From assembly GCA_035562735.1 (NCBI GenBank), contig DATMWB010000003.1, positions 44,232 to 108,231 of the forward strand: a stretch of 64,000 nt of DNA, given 5' to 3'. The notes under the pieces were generated by a model. The model saw only the letters and a program-made list of their open reading frames with translations. It had not been told where the DNA came from and ran no database searches. Below, in pieces: positions 17,279-26,084 of this stretch. Within the stretch, counting starts at the first letter, position 1; the number at the start of each line of letters is the position of its first letter. A program made the translations under genes and the position numbers. Origin of the DNA: Candidatus Methanoperedens sp. Lineage in GTDB: Bacteria > Patescibacteriota > Microgenomatia > UBA12405.

Positions 17279-19467
17279 TGGAGCTGTCCTATTATTGGCT
17301 TATTTCAATCACTACCGAAGTTGTTTCAGTGGGTCTGATAAAACGAGGTAATCCAAATACTTTGGCTGCGCTTGGTCCAGAAACCGAATGGCTTCCCGAC
17401 AATCCTGATTCATTTTTACACTCTGTTGATATTTCTTTATCAGAGGCGGCGCAAAAAGCTTCACTTGAGCCCGAACAAGAACCAGAAACAAGTGCTTTTA
17501 TCCTTCCACCAAAGTGGATCGGCAATGACGGTAAAATTTTTCCAGAATATTTAAAATTACTCGAAAACCTTTGTCGTTCTCTAAAATTAAAACCCCTTGG
17601 TTTTATCAGTAACGATGAAGCCTTCATCGAATCTCTTGGAAAAGAGGATTCATTCCCCCCAAGTTTTATTTTGGTATACCTTGGTATAAAAGAATTCTCC
17701 TTGTCCTTGGTATATCTTGGAGAAGTAAAAAAACGTTTTCATCAAGCCTTAAGTAATGATTTTACCCCTCAAGATTTAGAAAATGCTCTAGTTACTGTTC
17801 GTTTGGATTCAGCCTTACCCCCGAGAATTTTAGTCTTTGGTCATTTGGGATTAAGCATTATTGATGATTTAAAAAATTATTCTTGGATAGGTAAAAAAAA
17901 TGTTGAAACCTTTTTACATTTACCTGATGTTGAAGCCTATCAACCAGAGGAACTTTTTTCTTTGTATTGTAAAACCGTCTCCTCTCAAATTGAAAATAAA
18001 GCTCAAAATGCGTCACCCCCCCCAGTAGAAAAAGTTGATATCTCCGATAATAATCTCGAAGAGATAGCCGAGGAACCCATAGAAGAAATTGAAGAAACAG
18101 AAGAAGCTCCTAAAGACGAAAAAATATTTATCGAGGAAGATATAGAAAATTCCATAGATGAAGTTCCTGCGATGGATTTGGGTTTTTCCCAAATTACTGA
18201 CTCTGACTCTATTGTTTTGACTCCACCAACTTCTATTGATACAGACTCTTTTGCCAAGGAAAATATCGAGACTCAGTTACCCCCCTCAAAGTCCAACATA
18301 AATCTCCCTAAATTTTCCTTTCCCAAGATTTCTTTGCCAAGTTTAAAATTCAATCCTTGGTTCCTCTTTCCCTTGGCTCTTTCACCCCTACTTCTGCTCA
18401 TTCCCTACTATCTAATGAAAGCGGAAATTACGATAAATTTTACTCCAGTTGAGATAAACAAAGACTTCAATGTCACTCTTGATTCAACGGCTACTGATGT
18501 TACGACAAGTACCATTCCTGTTCTTAAAAAAACTCTTGATTTAAAGTTTTCAGAGTCTATTGCTACGACTGGTCAAAAAGAGACTGGTGACAAATCAAAA
18601 GGGGAAATTACCCTTTTTAACAAGGCTGACAAAATTCAAAATGCTCCCAAAGGCACAATACTATCTGACAACTCTGGTAAAAAATACGAACTACTCACTT
18701 CCATTCAAGTGCCCGCAAGTACCTTTGACCTCGCTGTTGGTAGTATTGCCATGGGAAAAATCAATGCCACCATAATTGCTAGTGATATTGGACCTGAGTT
18801 TGATTTAAATAAAGACACTCTTTTGTCCTTCAAAGATAACGCCAACTTACTGGCTAAAGTCAATGAAACAATTACCGGTGGAAGTCGACGTCAAATTAGA
18901 GTCGTCTCTTCCGAAGATAAAAGCAAATTAAATAAGGTCGTTACCGATTCTTTACCTACCCGCATTTCAGAAAAGGTTGACGCAGAATCTTCACTTGCTG
19001 GTCTTATGACTGGCACTCTCTTTGTCGACAAAAAACAACTCGATTTTAATCGTGAGATAGGTGAAGAGGCAGATACTCTTCAAGTAAATGCCAACTTGGT
19101 TCTTTCTTTGCTTCAAGTTGACCCCCAACAAAAAGAAAATATCCTAAAAACATTACTAGTAAATAATCAAGATGTTTTAAAATCTATTTCCTCACCCGCT
19201 GATTTTTCTTTTACTTTTAACGCCACCCAAAACACCTCATTAAAATCAACCGGAAAGTTGACCATAACAGGTAAGACACTTCCCAAAATTGATACTGAAA
19301 GCCTCCGTTCACGCTTAGTTGGGAAAAGTATCACTGACGCCTTGAGCATTGTAGATTCACAGTCCCGAGTTTATGATAGGGACATAAAGATAATTCCTTC
19401 CCCTTTCAAATTTCTCAAGCGTTTACCCCCATCTCGAGATAAAATTACCATTATCCAAAAATTTTAA
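17278..19467 (+). CDS. Membrane protein with a PilM/FtsA-like (actin-fold) cytoplasmic N-domain, an acidic linker, one TM helix and a beta-rich extracytoplasmic domain
   Basis: The N-terminal ~160 aa resemble the PilM/FtsA SHS2 region. An E/D-rich linker, a TM helix (WFLFPLALSPLLLLIPYYLM) and a ~350-aa C-terminal domain follow. The fold assignment is by eye only. Confidence 0.5.
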   Translation: MELSYYWLISITTEVVSVGLIKRGNPNTLAALGPETEWLPDNPDSFLHSVDISLSEAAQKASLEPEQEPETSAFILPPKWIGNDGKIFPEYLKLLENLCRSLKLKPLGFISNDEAFIESLGKEDSFPPSFILVYLGIKEFSLSLVYLGEVKKRFHQALSNDFTPQDLENALVTVRLDSALPPRILVFGHLGLSIIDDLKNYSWIGKKNVETFLHLPDVEAYQPEELFSLYCKTVSSQIENKAQNASPPPVEKVDISDNNLEEIAEEPIEEIEETEEAPKDEKIFIEEDIENSIDEVPAMDLGFSQITDSDSIVLTPPTSIDTDSFAKENIETQLPPSKSNINLPKFSFPKISLPSLKFNPWFLFPLALSPLLLLIPYYLMKAEITINFTPVEINKDFNVTLDSTATDVTTSTIPVLKKTLDLKFSESIATTGQKETGDKSKGEITLFNKADKIQNAPKGTILSDNSGKKYELLTSIQVPASTFDLAVGSIAMGKINATIIASDIGPEFDLNKDTLLSFKDNANLLAKVNETITGGSRRQIRVVSSEDKSKLNKVVTDSLPTRISEKVDAESSLAGLMTGTLFVDKKQLDFNREIGEEADTLQVNANLVLSLLQVDPQQKENILKTLLVNNQDVLKSISSPADFSFTFNATQNTSLKSTGKLTITGKTLPKIDTESLRSRLVGKSITDALSIVDSQSRVYDRDIKIIPSPFKFLKRLPPSRDKITIIQKF

Positions 19468-19469
19468 TC

Positions 19470-20201
19470 ATGAGTTATCTCTATGTTAAATCACCACCCA
19501 AGATTACTGCGCCCAAAAAAGTCATGTCGCCGCTGCGTCGAAAGATATTGGCCTCATTTTTTCTTGTTTCCGGCCTTTTGTTGTTTTTTTCAGTGGTCTT
19601 TCCCATAGTCCAATTTCAGCTTGAATATTCCACAAAGTTTAATCAAATTCTCAATCCACTTTCAAACCAATTCTACAACCAAAATGGTTCAGTTTTAGGT
19701 GATTTGAATACTGATTACACCGAATTATCGAATTGGTTTGTTAATGATTCAGAGGTGGTCTCATCTTCTTCACCAAGCTCCCTTATTACTACTTATTATG
19801 TATCCATTCCCAAATTGAAAATTGAGCAAGCGGCAGTCATTTTTGGTAGTACCGATTTGAAAAAATCACTTATCCAATATCCGAGAACCGCGCTTCCAGG
19901 TCAATTTGGATCTCCCGTTATCTTTGGCCATTCTGTGCTCCCTCAATTTTTCAACCCTAAGTCCTATATCACCATTTTTTCAACCTTACACAAATTGAAT
20001 CAAGGAGACGAAATATTTATTGATTATGATCATATCCGTTATAAATACGTCGTTGAAGAAATGTATGAAGTTCAACCTACCGACTTGTCGGTCTTAGAAC
20101 AGCGTTTTGATGGTCGATATCTAACCTTAGTTACCTGTTCTCCTCCTGGTACATATTTGCGCCGCTTAGTAATTAAAGCCCAAATTACCGACAATACATG
20201 A
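19470..20201 (+). CDS. Sortase family transpeptidase
   Basis: It has an N-terminal TM anchor, a catalytic His region (GHSVLP) and the TLVTC active-site motif. Confidence 0.7.
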   Translation: MSYLYVKSPPKITAPKKVMSPLRRKILASFFLVSGLLLFFSVVFPIVQFQLEYSTKFNQILNPLSNQFYNQNGSVLGDLNTDYTELSNWFVNDSEVVSSSSPSSLITTYYVSIPKLKIEQAAVIFGSTDLKKSLIQYPRTALPGQFGSPVIFGHSVLPQFFNPKSYITIFSTLHKLNQGDEIFIDYDHIRYKYVVEEMYEVQPTDLSVLEQRFDGRYLTLVTCSPPGTYLRRLVIKAQITDNT

Positions 20202-20572
20202 ACTATCTAGCTATTGATTATGGAACCAAAAGAATTGGTCTTGCCTATTCCCTAAACGGAATTATTTTTACTCTGCCCATTGTTCAAAATGACGACAAAA
20301 TTGTCGATATTCTAAAAAAAATTATTACTGAATATCAAATTGAAAAAATATTCATCGGTCTTTGTGAAGGGCCGATTGCAACAAAGACAAAAAAATTTAT
20401 TGATATGCTCACCCCCATGATAAAATTACCTATCGAAACAGTTGAAGAAGCGGTTAGTACAATCGAGGCTGAAAGTATTTTTTTAAAGAGTAAAAAAAAT
20501 ACCAAAAGTTACAAAAAACAAATCGATTCTGTAGCTGCTGCTGTAATTCTGAATCGAGTTATTGGTTTCTAA
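20198..20572 (+). CDS. ruvX: Putative pre-16S rRNA nuclease / Holliday junction resolvase YqgF
   Basis: It has the MNYLAIDYGTKRIGLA N-terminus typical of the YqgF/RuvX RNase H fold. Confidence 0.8.
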   Translation: MNYLAIDYGTKRIGLAYSLNGIIFTLPIVQNDDKIVDILKKIITEYQIEKIFIGLCEGPIATKTKKFIDMLTPMIKLPIETVEEAVSTIEAESIFLKSKKNTKSYKKQIDSVAAAVILNRVIGF

Positions 20573-20577
20573 AAACT

Positions 20578-20775
20578 ATGTTTAAAAATCTTATTTCCCC
20601 AATTCAAGCTTGGTTGTTGTCACAGGGTCGTTGTGTAGGATGTGGTGAAGAACTGTCTAAAGGACAAAGAAAAGTAATTCGAGGTCAAACAACTGTTACT
20701 TGTCGTTGTGGTAGGATATTTATCCATAACCATCAAAGTGACACCTATCGTCGAGCTCTTTTTAATGAAATTTAA
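20578..20775 (+). CDS. Small zinc-ribbon protein
   Basis: It has a CxxC…CxC cysteine arrangement (CVGCG…CRCGR). Confidence 0.35.
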   Translation: MFKNLISPIQAWLLSQGRCVGCGEELSKGQRKVIRGQTTVTCRCGRIFIHNHQSDTYRRALFNEI

Positions 20776-21698
20776 TGAAAAAACTTTTTTTTGTTTTTCC
20801 CCTAATTTTATTGCTTTTATTTGGACTATACATTTATAGTTTAACCTTTGCTCCCTCATCTGATACCACCAAAAAAGTTTTTGTAATAAATCAAGGAGAA
20901 CCTCTTCTGACCATTGCTTCAAGACTGGAAAAATTAAACTTTGTCCGTAGTCGATACGCCTTTATTGTCTATAGTCGATTGTCGGGTTTAAACACTCAAA
21001 TCAAAGCTGGTACTTTTTATCTTACTTCGTCAGAAAAACTTATCGAGCAAGCCCAAAGATTAACCAAGGGGGGTAGTACCGACTATTGGTTTAAAATTAT
21101 CCCCGGGTCTCGAATTGAAGAATTTTCCCCAGATACTGAATTTACCTCTGCTGCCCTTGGTCTTGAAGGTCAGCTTTTTCCTGATAGCTACTTAATTCCC
21201 AAGTATTACGTATCTTCGCAGATTCTTGACTTAATTTTAAAGAATTTTGAAGATAAGCAACTCGAAGCAAAAGGTAATTCTATCACTCCTTTTTCCGATT
21301 CCGAAGTGCTAGTTTTAGCTTCACTTTTAGAACGTGAAGCCAAAACATTGGCTGATAAAAAAATTATCGCTGGAATAATCAAAAATCGCCTAGACGTAGG
21401 CATGCCTCTTCAAATTGATGCCACTGTCCAATACGCCAAAGACTCTTTAGGCAACCCTGAAAAATACTGGAAGCCAATAAGCAAAGCCGATCTAAGCATT
21501 ATTTCTCCTTATAACACCTATAAAAACAAGGGATTACCCCCATCACCAATTTGTAATCCCGGTTTTGATTCACTAATTGCGGCCTATCATCCAACAGAAT
21601 CTAATTATGTCTACTACATCAATGATAATCAGGGAATTATGCATTACGCCAAAAATTTAGAAGAGCACAACACCAACGTGGCTAAATATTTAAGATGA
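20775..21698 (+). CDS. mltG: Endolytic murein transglycosylase MltG (YceG family)
   Basis: It has an N-terminal TM helix and YceG-like motifs (…KAGTFYL…, …LQIDATVQYA…). Confidence 0.8.
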   Translation: MKKLFFVFPLILLLLFGLYIYSLTFAPSSDTTKKVFVINQGEPLLTIASRLEKLNFVRSRYAFIVYSRLSGLNTQIKAGTFYLTSSEKLIEQAQRLTKGGSTDYWFKIIPGSRIEEFSPDTEFTSAALGLEGQLFPDSYLIPKYYVSSQILDLILKNFEDKQLEAKGNSITPFSDSEVLVLASLLEREAKTLADKKIIAGIIKNRLDVGMPLQIDATVQYAKDSLGNPEKYWKPISKADLSIISPYNTYKNKGLPPSPICNPGFDSLIAAYHPTESNYVYYINDNQGIMHYAKNLEEHNTNVAKYLR

Positions 21699-22261
21699 GA
21701 CAAGCCAAGCTAGTAAAAAGAGAAATTTTATTTGATAAATACGGTAAAAAGTTTATCGTTGATAATTTAGAGCAGCTTGATGGTAAGCCCGACTTTTGGG
21801 CTTATGTCTCCGCCCCCAGAGGTTCAATCATTGTCGCTATCGATAAAGACAAAAACTTAATTCTTGTTCATCAATATCGATATACCTTAAAAGATTTTAC
21901 ATACGAAAACCCTGCTGGAGCTGCCGATAAAAATGAAAATCTTTTAGAAACCGCCAATAGAGAGCTTTTTGAAGAAACAGGCTACAAGTCGAATCAATTT
22001 ATAAATCTTGGAAATTTTCATGATCTCCCCAACGAAACAGATCACCAATGTCAAATATTTTTAGCACTAAATTGCCAATTTATAGAAAAACCCGCCCTTG
22101 ATCCCTTTTCCGAAATATATTGTGAAATGACGACCGAAATTCATCCCTTTATTGATATTTACAATTCACTTGGTCAAGATACCTCACTTATAAAAAGCTC
22201 CGAACATACCGCTGCCATTTTCCTCGCCCATCGCTATCTCTCTACTCATAACTTACTTTAA
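21695..22261 (+). CDS. NUDIX hydrolase
   Basis: It carries the Nudix box (…GAADKNENLLETANRELFEETGY…). Confidence 0.7.
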   Translation: MRQAKLVKREILFDKYGKKFIVDNLEQLDGKPDFWAYVSAPRGSIIVAIDKDKNLILVHQYRYTLKDFTYENPAGAADKNENLLETANRELFEETGYKSNQFINLGNFHDLPNETDHQCQIFLALNCQFIEKPALDPFSEIYCEMTTEIHPFIDIYNSLGQDTSLIKSSEHTAAIFLAHRYLSTHNLL

Positions 22262-22266
22262 AAAAA

Positions 22267-22307
22267 CGTCATTGCGAGGAGCATTTGCTGAAGCGATGTG
22301 GCAATCT
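22267..22307 (+). repeat. Interspersed repeat copy B (divergent) between convergent gene ends
   Basis: CGTCATTGCGAGgagcatttgctgaagcgatgtgGCAATCT. Confidence 0.55.
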
Positions 22308-22328
22308 CAAAGGGATTGATTTTGTTTT

Positions 22329-23417
22329 TTATATTTGATTCTTCTTATTTACCAATTCATTCAAAATATTCCATCTCCTCTTTTTCTCACTCATTGGAAT
22401 TTCATCTTTAAAAAGTTTGGCTGATACCGTTCCCCGTCGGGGGGAATATTTATTTAAATAGGCAATCTCAAAACCAACTTTTTTACAGACATCAACCGTA
22501 TTTTGAAAAGCATCTTCATCTTCACCTGGGAATCCAATAATTATGTCAGTCGAAAATCTGACATCAGCGACTTTGCTCTTTATTTTTTTTACCAAATTTA
22601 AATATTCCTGTTTGGTATAGCCCCGATTCATGTTTTTTAAAACTTTATCGTCGCCGGCTTGGAAGGGGAGATGCAACAACCTATCAATATTTGGATATTT
22701 GGCGATAGTTTCAATCAATTCATCAGAAAAATCCCACGGGTTACTGCTCACAAAGGAAACCTTTTTTAATTTTTTCTTGGCTACCTCTTCCAACAGTTTA
22801 GGGAATAAACTTTTTATTCTTTTTTTACCCATATTTACCAATATTTCATCACCAAAATCACTTCCATAACTATTCACATTTTGCCCAATCAAGACTACTT
22901 CTTCAAAACCTTTTTCAATTGCATCATCTATTTCTTTTAAAATATCCTCCATTTTGCGCGATATCTCTTTTCCGCGAGAATAGGGAACAATACAATAAGA
23001 GCAAAAATTATTACATCCCGAGCTAATTGTAATCAATGCCGCTCTTTTTTTATTGCGTATAGGTTTTAAATCGAAACTTATTTCTTTTGTAGGGAGCAAC
23101 TGATCAACTCCCTTAATAGTTTTTTTAGCAATTGGCACCAAGCATCCAGTCAATATAATGGTTTTTAAGCCCCCTTTCCTCAAGGGGGGTACTCCGGAGG
23201 AGTGGGGGATTTTTTCCCACTTTCTTATTTCATTAATCAATCCGTAGACTCTGTTTTCTGCTGATTCTCTAACCACGCAACTATTAATAATTACCTTATC
23301 AGCCTCTTTCCAATTATCAACAAAAACGTCCCCTTTTTCAGCATAAAATGCCTTAACCCTTTCCGAGTCAGATTCGTTTTGAGCACATCCAAATGTTTTT
23401 AAATAAATTTTACTCAC
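22329..23417 (-). CDS. MiaB/RimO-family radical-SAM methylthiotransferase (short, no obvious TRAM domain)
   Basis: It has an MTTase N-terminal domain (KTFGCAQNESDSE) and a radical-SAM CxxxCxxC (CNNFCSYCIVP). At 362 aa it is shorter than canonical MiaB. Confidence 0.7.
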   Translation of the reverse strand: MSKIYLKTFGCAQNESDSERVKAFYAEKGDVFVDNWKEADKVIINSCVVRESAENRVYGLINEIRKWEKIPHSSGVPPLRKGGLKTIILTGCLVPIAKKTIKGVDQLLPTKEISFDLKPIRNKKRAALITISSGCNNFCSYCIVPYSRGKEISRKMEDILKEIDDAIEKGFEEVVLIGQNVNSYGSDFGDEILVNMGKKRIKSLFPKLLEEVAKKKLKKVSFVSSNPWDFSDELIETIAKYPNIDRLLHLPFQAGDDKVLKNMNRGYTKQEYLNLVKKIKSKVADVRFSTDIIIGFPGEDEDAFQNTVDVCKKVGFEIAYLNKYSPRRGTVSAKLFKDEIPMSEKKRRWNILNELVNKKNQI

Positions 23418-23474
23418 TTGCGTTGTAAATATATCATAGTTGCGTCACCTTAGAAAAAATGAGAATATTATTTC

Positions 23475-24566
23475 ATGACTGATACAAATCAAGACCCAAA
23501 CTACCAAGATATTTTAAATAAGTATGCTGATAGTTTAAAACCAAGCGAAGCATTACCATCTCAAGACCAAGCACCTAGTCCTCAAGATCAATTAGAATCA
23601 GTCCCAGAACCATCAGTCTCAGTTCCAGAAATCACCCCCCCTCCAACCATGCTTGAACCAGATCCAACCGCTGAGATGCTTCCAGACACCGAACCCCAAA
23701 CCGCAGTTATGACCGAAGCCAATTCCGAATCAATCGCTTTTTCTCCTCCGACTTCTGACACTACCAGCGATTTCGATAAAAAACCAGCCGAAACAGTCAC
23801 CGAGCCACCCAAAGATTTCTCTATTCCTCAGCCAGAAGTTCAAATTCCTCCATCAATGCAAGATTATGTTGATTCTTCAAAAACAGACAAACTAGATAGT
23901 ATCATTCCTTCACCTCCCATGACTTCAGATTCCTTTATTCCACCAGCTCCTCATCCAATAAATATTGCCCCAGATATCGAGGTACCAAAAGAAAATCATT
24001 TTTTTAAATACCTATTTTTCTTCTCCTTGATAATTTTTATTGTCGTAGCTGCCTTGCTGGCTTATTCATTTTATAGGACTCAAAAATCAACCACTGATGT
24101 AAAAAGTGTTCCCACCAATACCCCTCCGACAGGTCTTCCTGCTTCAAAATGTCTCATAAATGGTGAAGAATATGACATTGGTCAGTCTTTTCCTGCCTCT
24201 GACGGTTGTAATACCTGTTCTTGTGATAAAGACCTCTTGATTGCCTGTACTACTATGGCCTGTGACGCTAGTAATTCAGCAACTCCTACCGAATCTACCA
24301 CTATTTCAGCAGTCTCCAAAACAGCTCAGGAAGCATGTCAGCTAGAAAAATTTACCTGGCTAAGTAAATACTCTGAATGTGAAGATGCCAGTTCTAATCC
24401 GACAAATTTACAAAAACTAAAGACAATCTGTGAAACATACAAGGGTACACTCAATGAAACTGCCGATAGTTGTCGCCATGTTACGGAACCACCTTGTGGA
24501 CCTGAAGCCGTTGCTGTTTGTTCCTTTGCTGTGCCTACAATTCCAAAAACTACAATTGCACCATAA
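23475..24566 (+). CDS. Pro-rich membrane protein with a C-terminal Cys-rich extracytoplasmic domain
   Basis: It has a P/S/T/E-rich N-terminal half, a TM helix (LFFFSLIIFIVVAALLAYSFY) and a C-terminal domain with at least 14 cysteines. Confidence 0.5.
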   Translation: MTDTNQDPNYQDILNKYADSLKPSEALPSQDQAPSPQDQLESVPEPSVSVPEITPPPTMLEPDPTAEMLPDTEPQTAVMTEANSESIAFSPPTSDTTSDFDKKPAETVTEPPKDFSIPQPEVQIPPSMQDYVDSSKTDKLDSIIPSPPMTSDSFIPPAPHPINIAPDIEVPKENHFFKYLFFFSLIIFIVVAALLAYSFYRTQKSTTDVKSVPTNTPPTGLPASKCLINGEEYDIGQSFPASDGCNTCSCDKDLLIACTTMACDASNSATPTESTTISAVSKTAQEACQLEKFTWLSKYSECEDASSNPTNLQKLKTICETYKGTLNETADSCRHVTEPPCGPEAVAVCSFAVPTIPKTTIAP

Positions 24567-24569
24567 AAC

Positions 24570-25220
24570 ATGGACAGGTCAGACTTTTTCAAAATAGACA
24601 AGTCAGTAGTCCTTCTCTTATTTTTAGTTGTCATCCTTATTATCTCTATTATTATGCTGGTAAATTATCAGCGGACATTGGTTCTCTCCCATAACGCCGA
24701 TACTATTATTGCCGCTATTCCAACTCGTTCACCCTCAAATTCAAAAGTCAAAATATCTGCTACTCCTACACCCGACTTTCGTGCCAACTGGAAAGAATAT
24801 GAAAATAGGGAATATGGCTTTATGTTCAGATATCCTGAAAAATTAAATGCTATCAAAGACCCCCACTTTGATGGTAGAAGCATAGTATTAATTACCGATG
24901 ACACCCGAGAAACTGTAACTGCTAGCGGTTGGTTTGGAATTTTTGTCGCCATAAAACCAAATCCATCAAATTATGATTCAAAATCATATATTGAATGGCA
25001 AGTAAAAAATGACCCCCTCAATTCAGGTGTCAAAATCAAAAAGGCAAATGTTGTCGGCATTGATGCCTCAATCACCCAAGGGGAAGTTGTCAATAACAAC
25101 GGTGAAATAGGGCCAAAAGTTTATATCTCCAAAGGAGATAGTATTATTCTTCTCACCCCAAACCATTCTCAATACTTCGAAATACTAAGTCAAATAATTC
25201 CGACATTTAATTTTTTATAA
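24570..25220 (+). CDS. FKFT-motif family secreted protein (paralog)
   Basis: It has an N-terminal TM anchor, a YENREYGFMFRYPEKLN motif and a C-terminal …ILSQIIPTFNFL. Confidence 0.5.
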   Translation: MDRSDFFKIDKSVVLLLFLVVILIISIIMLVNYQRTLVLSHNADTIIAAIPTRSPSNSKVKISATPTPDFRANWKEYENREYGFMFRYPEKLNAIKDPHFDGRSIVLITDDTRETVTASGWFGIFVAIKPNPSNYDSKSYIEWQVKNDPLNSGVKIKKANVVGIDASITQGEVVNNNGEIGPKVYISKGDSIILLTPNHSQYFEILSQIIPTFNFL

Positions 25221-25223
25221 TTT

Positions 25224-25988
25224 ATGAAAAAATCCACTTTTTTTCTATATATCCTCACTGCCTTCTTTTTTGTCTCCGTTCTTATCTTGGCTTACCTTAA
25301 TTATTTTAGCTCTTCAAAAATACCCTCTACCGCAAAGCCTATTGATAATCCGAGCATTCTCCCCACTAAAACCGTCAATTTAACAATATCTCCAAGTATT
25401 ACCTCCTCACCTTTGTCACTTTCAAATTTAAAGACTTATACTGGCCAAGATTTTGTTTACTTAAACAACATATATAGTGCCTATACTTTTAACTATCCTG
25501 ATTTTTGTACTCTAAAAGATGACACCTTAAGCTGTACTCTAAAAAACAGCCTTGCCACTATACAAATAAATGCTGGTGGTCATGGCGGTGGCGAAGGGAA
25601 TTATCAGGTTCTTGTTGATAACCAATCAAAAATTTTTAACTCCATTGAGGGAAAACTAACCGCCATTGAAGACTTAGACAACAAAACTGTTTTTGGAACT
25701 TACTGGATAAACAAAACCCCAAAATTAACCCAAGAACCTATTTTTGGTTTTGAATTCTATGGCCTTTCTTCGTCAGACTTCAATGAATTTAAAACGCTTT
25801 TTGAACAACTATTGTCCACCTTCAAATTTACAGAGAATACGACCCCTTTTTCTTCTCAAGATCTTAATCAAGGCTGGTATTGGGGTCTTGAAAATCAGAA
25901 AAAAATAAATACACCTACAGACTGGGTATTTGCAGAAGCCGGTAAAAGTTCCTGTTGGCATTCTCCTGATAAAAACTGTAATCTTTAA
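25224..25988 (+). CDS. FKFT-motif family secreted protein (paralog)
   Basis: It has an N-terminal TM anchor and a C-terminal region with …FEQLLSTFKFTEN…. Confidence 0.5.
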   Translation: MKKSTFFLYILTAFFFVSVLILAYLNYFSSSKIPSTAKPIDNPSILPTKTVNLTISPSITSSPLSLSNLKTYTGQDFVYLNNIYSAYTFNYPDFCTLKDDTLSCTLKNSLATIQINAGGHGGGEGNYQVLVDNQSKIFNSIEGKLTAIEDLDNKTVFGTYWINKTPKLTQEPIFGFEFYGLSSSDFNEFKTLFEQLLSTFKFTENTTPFSSQDLNQGWYWGLENQKKINTPTDWVFAEAGKSSCWHSPDKNCNL

Positions 25989-25997
25989 TCAACCCCC

Positions 25998-26026
25998 TTG
26001 CGATATGTATAGTATGAGTATATAAT
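25998..26026 (+). promoter_or_regulatory. Candidate sigma70-type promoter for rpoB (TTGCGA-17-TATAAT)
   Basis: TTGCGA at 25998-26003 and TATAAT at 26021-26026 with a 17-nt spacer, 59 nt upstream of the rpoB ATG. Confidence 0.4.
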
Positions 26027-26084
26027 TCCCACATTCGGCGAGCGGTTGGAACATAACTCGTCATTTAAACTTTAATAGTTAAAT

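Noticed and set aside
20620-20922. 100-aa minus-strand ORF overlapping the zinc-ribbon gene and the mltG start
   Set aside because: It is antisense to two better-supported genes and has a low-complexity translation.
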